A DNA stretch of 64,000 bases from the NCBI GenBank assembly GCA_016188045.1, contig JACPIM010000002.1, positions 17,198 through 81,197 on the forward strand. Direction: 5' to 3'. A program made the translations under genes and the position numbers. Positions within the stretch are counted from its first letter, which is position 1. Every line of letters begins with the position of its first letter. The notes under the pieces were generated by a model. The model was not told the DNA's origin, made no database searches, and was given only the letters and a program-made list of their open reading frames with translations. The stretch is from Candidatus Woesearchaeota archaeon (GTDB lineage: Archaea > Nanobdellota > Nanobdellia > SCGC-AAA011-G17 > JACPIM01). This document shows, piece after piece, positions 59,310 through 64,000 of the stretch.

Positions 59310-60887
59310 ATGGCAAATAACAGAACAATAAGAGAAGAAACCTTAGTAAATTGGCAATCTATTTTTAATGGCGATTATTCACAAGTATTAAGGGGAAGAA
59401 TAGAAGAAACTGGTTCAGCCAGACAAGAAACTAATGATAAAGAAGATTTCGATGACGATCTGGACTTGGCCATAGTTTCAACTAGACAAAAAACAAGAGA
59501 TAATGGCTACGACTTAAAAAAAGAACAAGAAGGTAGGAAAAGCGATCTTAATCTTTCTGATATAACTTGGGAATTGCAAAAAGCATCAAGAGAACTAAAA
59601 GGCATTCATGAATATTTCAGTGGTGTTTTTGCCAGAGACATATTTATGTTTCCATTTGTAGATTTAAAATGGATAGCTCAGATGCATGATTCAGTAGAAG
59701 AGTTAAAAATCAGACCACAATTAGTGCATAAGATAGATAGTGGACTTAATGGTCTATCAGATAGACTTAATTATTTAAAAGAATTGTATCATCAACACGA
59801 AATAGATTTTTTAGAGTTTGAAAGAGAAGGCTTAGAGGCTTTTTCAATTTTAGGTAAGCCATTAGATAGAGCAAGAACTAGGTTGCTAAGAGATTTAGGA
59901 GACATTTTACAATCTCAACATTGGCCAGAATCCCCAATAGGAGATTATCTAAAAATAGTCACATCTAAATCTGCGAAAGTAAGGGCAAATAGCCGAGGAT
60001 TTGAATTGTTTTCAGAGAATGATGAAATAAAACCAGAAATAGCAAATAGTAGATTTTTTACCCCAACAACAGCACTAGTTCAAAACTGTATGGAACAAAG
60101 TTCTCAAAGAGGAAGGGCATATTTATTGTTGAATACAGCACTTAATCTTGTAACGTATTTATCCTCATTGGCTTTATGGGCCAGAGAACGCGGGTTTACA
60201 AGACCCCAATTTAATGATAATGATTCGGTAGATATAAAAAATGGTTATCATCCACTATTAAAATCAGAAGACAGAAAGGTTAAAAGAGAACCAGTAACAC
60301 ACGATACTCGTTTAAACAGCGGAAATAACTTGCTAATTGTAACAGGACCAAATGCAGCAGGCAAAACAACATATTTAAAAGAATTAGCTCTAATTTCAAT
60401 TTTAGCTCAAGCAGGCGGTTTTGTTCCAGCAGATTATGCAAACTTACCTATATATAGAAGATTTTTAACTCACTTTTCTGCAAGCGAGGATTTAATGTCT
60501 GATCTATCATTATTCCAAGCAGAAATTACTCAATTAAATGGTAGATTGAACAGATTAGAAGAAAGAACCTTGTTTATTTGTGATGAGTTATTTAGAGGAA
60601 CAGAATCTGGTGAAAATGGCGGCGCAAAGCTACATTCAGCCCTAGTAGAGGCTTTATCTTATGATTTCCCAGGACGAACACTATTGTCTACACATTATCA
60701 TGAAGCCCTAGCAAAACAGAGAAATTTACGAAATGCAGTATTTGTTAAAGTTAATACTGATAAAGCAGGAACGCCATCATATACCATTAGTAGGGGAATA
60801 GACAGTGGTGGCTATGCAGTTCAAGCAGCAATAAGAATGGGCTTATCGGATAAAATTTCAAAAAGATTAACAAATGGTGGAGAATAA
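59310..60887 (+). CDS. MutS-family ATPase (domain V, no mismatch-recognition or Smr domain)
   Basis: YHPLL, TGPNAAGKTT, SLFQAE, DELFRGT, STH. Confidence 0.85.
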   Translation: MANNRTIREETLVNWQSIFNGDYSQVLRGRIEETGSARQETNDKEDFDDDLDLAIVSTRQKTRDNGYDLKKEQEGRKSDLNLSDITWELQKASRELKGIHEYFSGVFARDIFMFPFVDLKWIAQMHDSVEELKIRPQLVHKIDSGLNGLSDRLNYLKELYHQHEIDFLEFEREGLEAFSILGKPLDRARTRLLRDLGDILQSQHWPESPIGDYLKIVTSKSAKVRANSRGFELFSENDEIKPEIANSRFFTPTTALVQNCMEQSSQRGRAYLLLNTALNLVTYLSSLALWARERGFTRPQFNDNDSVDIKNGYHPLLKSEDRKVKREPVTHDTRLNSGNNLLIVTGPNAAGKTTYLKELALISILAQAGGFVPADYANLPIYRRFLTHFSASEDLMSDLSLFQAEITQLNGRLNRLEERTLFICDELFRGTESGENGGAKLHSALVEALSYDFPGRTLLSTHYHEALAKQRNLRNAVFVKVNTDKAGTPSYTISRGIDSGGYAVQAAIRMGLSDKISKRLTNGGE

Positions 60888-60889
60888 AA

Positions 60890-61423
60890 ATGGAAAAACC
60901 GCATGATTGTGAAATGTGTCAAGGAGATGGTTACTTTGATGATTTTCAAGCTGGTTTGTATCCCATGCCTTGTCCAAATTGCGCCGGAATAGGCATTAGT
61001 GGGGCAGTTTCAGAAGATGTAAAATTAAAAATAGCGCAATTAAAAGAAAAAGCTTACAACAACATATCTGCTCAAACACAAAGATTAGAAATTGCTGGAC
61101 AACTTCTAAGGGCGGGCGTCCTATCTGGTATATATCTCTTAGAAGGCAATGCCTCTAAAGCAAGAGATAGTAAAAAATTAGCAGATAACTTAGTAAAAAG
61201 ATTGCAATCATTTCCACAGGACTATATATCGGTGGAATCTGAAGTTATAAAAGAAACATGGGAGCAAGTTGTTGATTTAGTTGATGATAAATATAAATCA
61301 AGAGCAGAACAAAACAAAAAAAGGATAGTTGATAAAACATTAAGAGAAATTGTAGCAATAGAATTACAAAGTAAAAAAGCCAGAAGTATGGGCTTTGGAT
61401 ATCCCGCATTTAAAATAAATTAA
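60890..61423 (+). CDS. Hypothetical protein with DnaJ-type CxxCxGxG zinc finger
   Basis: CEMCQGDG..CPNCAGIG. Confidence 0.7.
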   Translation: MEKPHDCEMCQGDGYFDDFQAGLYPMPCPNCAGIGISGAVSEDVKLKIAQLKEKAYNNISAQTQRLEIAGQLLRAGVLSGIYLLEGNASKARDSKKLADNLVKRLQSFPQDYISVESEVIKETWEQVVDLVDDKYKSRAEQNKKRIVDKTLREIVAIELQSKKARSMGFGYPAFKIN

Positions 61424-61445
61424 AATATTCTTTTTAAAATAAAAA

Positions 61446-62339
61446 ATGGCTCTATTTTATCAAGGACCAAAAACATTAGAAAGACCGATTATAGCAGTTT
61501 ATGAGGTCTCTAGCAAACACCTCTCAAGAGATACAGATTTAGAAGTGATAGTTGGAGAAATTGAAAAAATTGAAATCATCCAAGGAAAACTAAGTATTAA
61601 AGGAGACCAAGAAGCAAATTCTTTAATAGATAAGGCCCATAGAAAAGCAATTCAACCAAACGGGGTAATCTCTAGTTTAGAAGATTTTAAGGAATTACAA
61701 AGAATTTGTCAAGAACTAACCTTACAAGCATTTAATAGAACGGGAGCAGGAGGCGGGCATAATCCACCAATGGATTTTGTATACATACCACCAAGTGAAG
61801 CTTTAAATTGTGAAGTTTTCTTTCCAATGAACACTCAAAACCTTATAGCGCGCGCTAATCCACACTTACTTGAAAACCATTATAAAGCATTAAAATTTCC
61901 ATTTATCTTTGCACATGAATTAGTTCACTGGGATCTAGCAGGAACAAGATTTTATGCTGCTGCAAGAAAAGCTTTCTTGGAATTAGAACCAGTTTACGAT
62001 AAAAAAGTACACGGAAAATATCCAGCACCAACCGAAGATGCCTCTCATTTGTTTAAAAGACCAGGATCAGAAAGTATTGGAAGATTGCAAATACAAGAAT
62101 TACAATTAGGACTTAGGGAATTTGGAGAAGCAATAGCGGATTTAATCTCAAAAAAAGTATTTCCCCCGTCACCATTTGTAGAATTAATAGACTCTCAATT
62201 ATCAACAAGACCTAAAAGAATCGAAGAAATACAAAAAAGATTAAATTCATTTCAAAGTCCTAAAGAACTTTTAGTATATGCAAAACAGAAAATTGATGAA
62301 TCATATGATAGAAATAAACCAATCACAGAATTAATTTAA
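61446..62339 (+). CDS. HExxH putative zincin metallopeptidase
   Basis: FAHELVH and downstream EAIAD. Confidence 0.6.
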   Translation: MALFYQGPKTLERPIIAVYEVSSKHLSRDTDLEVIVGEIEKIEIIQGKLSIKGDQEANSLIDKAHRKAIQPNGVISSLEDFKELQRICQELTLQAFNRTGAGGGHNPPMDFVYIPPSEALNCEVFFPMNTQNLIARANPHLLENHYKALKFPFIFAHELVHWDLAGTRFYAAARKAFLELEPVYDKKVHGKYPAPTEDASHLFKRPGSESIGRLQIQELQLGLREFGEAIADLISKKVFPPSPFVELIDSQLSTRPKRIEEIQKRLNSFQSPKELLVYAKQKIDESYDRNKPITELI

Positions 62340-63196
62340 TTCTTCTTATAAATCTCTAACCACTTACCAGAATTATCTTTAGGCCCCCACATATGAACTT
62401 TCTCAACTACTTGAAATCCTCTATTTTTAACAACATCTTCAAATATTTCCTCATATTTCTCATTTTTTTTCAAAGCTAGAGAATAATTTCCTATAAATCT
62501 TCTAGTAATCAACAATAAACCATTTTTATTTAAGCTTTCATGGAAATGCTCCAAAGTTTTTTCAATATCAGGAACATGCTGTAAAACTTCAAAACAAGTT
62601 ATAGCATCATATTTGTCTTTTAAGGGAGTTTCATTTTTTATTTCAATAGTTTTAACATTTAAACCATATTTCTTAAATTTCCATTTAGTGAACTCAAACG
62701 TTTTCCCTTCTATATCGACAGCAGTCATATTTAATCCATTCAAAGCACCAACAATACTAACTGGTCCCACACCGCAACCATAATCAACAACAGTTTTAAC
62801 ATTATTCTTCAAGCAATATCCAATAACAAATCTGCTTAACCACTGTTTATCTTCACTAGATGCAACTATTGTTAATTCAGGCATGTAATTCTCAGTTTGA
62901 GCATAAAATCCCATAACTTCATTAATATCCTCTTGATCAATTTTCATGCAATTCCATTCATCTTCTGTTACTTTAACATATTTTCCAAAGCCGCCAAATT
63001 TACTAGAAACTTTTTCTAAATATTCTTTAAATTCATTATAGGGTTTTCCTAGATATTCAGCTAATTCTTTTAAGCTACCATCTAAATCTAATTTAGGTGC
63101 TTTTACATTAATCTCTTTACCACTTATATTAACCTTAAAATCAGTGACCATACCCATACCAAAAGTCCAATAAGTTATATTTATAAAGGTTTTCAA
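62336..63196 (-). CDS. Class I SAM-dependent methyltransferase
   Basis: DYGCGVG, FEVLQH; true start probably near 63151-63157. Confidence 0.88.
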   Translation of the reverse strand: MKTFINITYWTFGMGMVTDFKVNISGKEINVKAPKLDLDGSLKELAEYLGKPYNEFKEYLEKVSSKFGGFGKYVKVTEDEWNCMKIDQEDINEVMGFYAQTENYMPELTIVASSEDKQWLSRFVIGYCLKNNVKTVVDYGCGVGPVSIVGALNGLNMTAVDIEGKTFEFTKWKFKKYGLNVKTIEIKNETPLKDKYDAITCFEVLQHVPDIEKTLEHFHESLNKNGLLLITRRFIGNYSLALKKNEKYEEIFEDVVKNRGFQVVEKVHMWGPKDNSGKWLEIYKKN

Positions 63197-63244
63197 ATAA
63201 ATCTAGATATATTTGTTAAGAAATTAAAAAGTTAGGAGTTGTCT

Positions 63245-64000
63245 ATGGAAGAAAAAAAACCCAAATTAATAACTTCCGTAAGTAACGAGCAAAGGAAAAT
63301 ACCACCAAAAGAAAATTTTAGTAGTAAAGCACATATTAAAAGTGAAGAAGAATACAATAAGATTTATCAAGAATCAATAAAAACTCCTGAAAAATTCTGG
63401 GCTGAAAAAGCAAAACAACTTCACTGGTTTAAAAAATGGGACACAATTTTTACATGGGATCCTAAAAATATAAAGGCAACTTGGTTTAAAGGCGGTAAAA
63501 TAAATGTTTCTTACAATTGTCTTGATGCAAATTTAAAAAAAATAGGAAATAAAATAGCATTGATATGGCAAGGCGAGCCAGAAAACGATGTCATAAAAAT
63601 TACTTACAAAGAATTATATAATGAAGTTTGCAAATTCTCAAATGTTCTCAAGAAAAAAGGAATAAAAAAAGGAGATAGGGTTTGTATCTATATGCCAATG
63701 ATACCAGAGCTAGCAATAGCTATGTTAGCATGTACAAGAATAGGAGCAATCCATAATATTGTTTTTGGTGGTTTTAGTGCTACTTCTCTTAAAGACAGAA
63801 TTTTAGACTCACAATGTAAATTATTGATTACAGCAGATGGTGGTTTTAGAAATGGAAAAATAATTCCTTTAAAATCAATAGCAGACGAAGCAATTAGTCA
63901 ATGTGATTGTATAGAATCAGTTATCGTTGCAAAAAGAACAAAACAAGAAATTAAAATGGAAAAAGGAAGAGATACATATTGGGATGAAGAAATGAACTTA
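63245..64000 (+). CDS. acs: Acetyl-CoA synthetase, N-terminal part (runs off window; not in ORF track)
   Basis: Manual translation: YQESIKTPEKFW, WFKGGKINVSYNCLD, WQGEP, KGDRVCIYMPMIPE, ACTRIGAIH, VFGGFS. Confidence 0.93.
   Translation, partial: MEEKKPKLITSVSNEQRKIPPKENFSSKAHIKSEEEYNKIYQESIKTPEKFWAEKAKQLHWFKKWDTIFTWDPKNIKATWFKGGKINVSYNCLDANLKKIGNKIALIWQGEPENDVIKITYKELYNEVCKFSNVLKKKGIKKGDRVCIYMPMIPELAIAMLACTRIGAIHNIVFGGFSATSLKDRILDSQCKLLITADGGFRNGKIIPLKSIADEAISQCDCIESVIVAKRTKQEIKMEKGRDTYWDEEMNL

Noticed and set aside
59310-60887. Canonical MutS1 or MutS2
   Set aside because: Too short, lacks the mismatch-recognition and Smr domains, and no mutL is adjacent
50798-62339. Additional remote DGR targets among hypothetical genes
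   Set aside because: None of their 3' ends resembles the TR or carries the IMH and GAA hairpin
1-64000. CRISPR array, cas genes, tRNA or rRNA
   Set aside because: No regularly spaced repeat-spacer series, cas motifs, cloverleaf or rRNA-like GC-rich tract seen by eye

Overview
AT-rich archaeal chromosome segment. TATA boxes, mostly short or leaderless 5' ends, form III-like RuBisCO and [IL][TS]G-motif secreted proteins point to a DPANN archaeon, probably Woesearchaeota/Pacearchaeota-like (inference). The window contains the AMP salvage pathway (AMP phosphorylase N-terminus at the left edge, R15P isomerase, RuBisCO), a tandem array of five paralogous secreted proteins, and a ~38 kb surface-glycosylation region. 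Inside that region is a diversity-generating retroelement module: target gene with VR, IMH, GAA-loop hairpin and TR, but no RT or Avd in the window. A complete 6,874-bp single-transposase IS6-family cargo transposon (43903-50776) has bipartite TIRs and an 8-bp TTTATAAT target duplication. It carries a fused type IIG-like R-M enzyme, a catalytically degenerate TGT-fold protein behind a structured loop-loop complementary non-coding region, and small regulators. The right end holds a VapBC-type TA pair, a Nudix/HAD cluster with a 25-bp repeated junction, a MutS-ATPase/Zn-finger/HExxH gene trio and the start of acetyl-CoA synthetase. No rRNA, tRNA or CRISPR array was seen. All family calls come from reading motifs by eye; no database searches were run.
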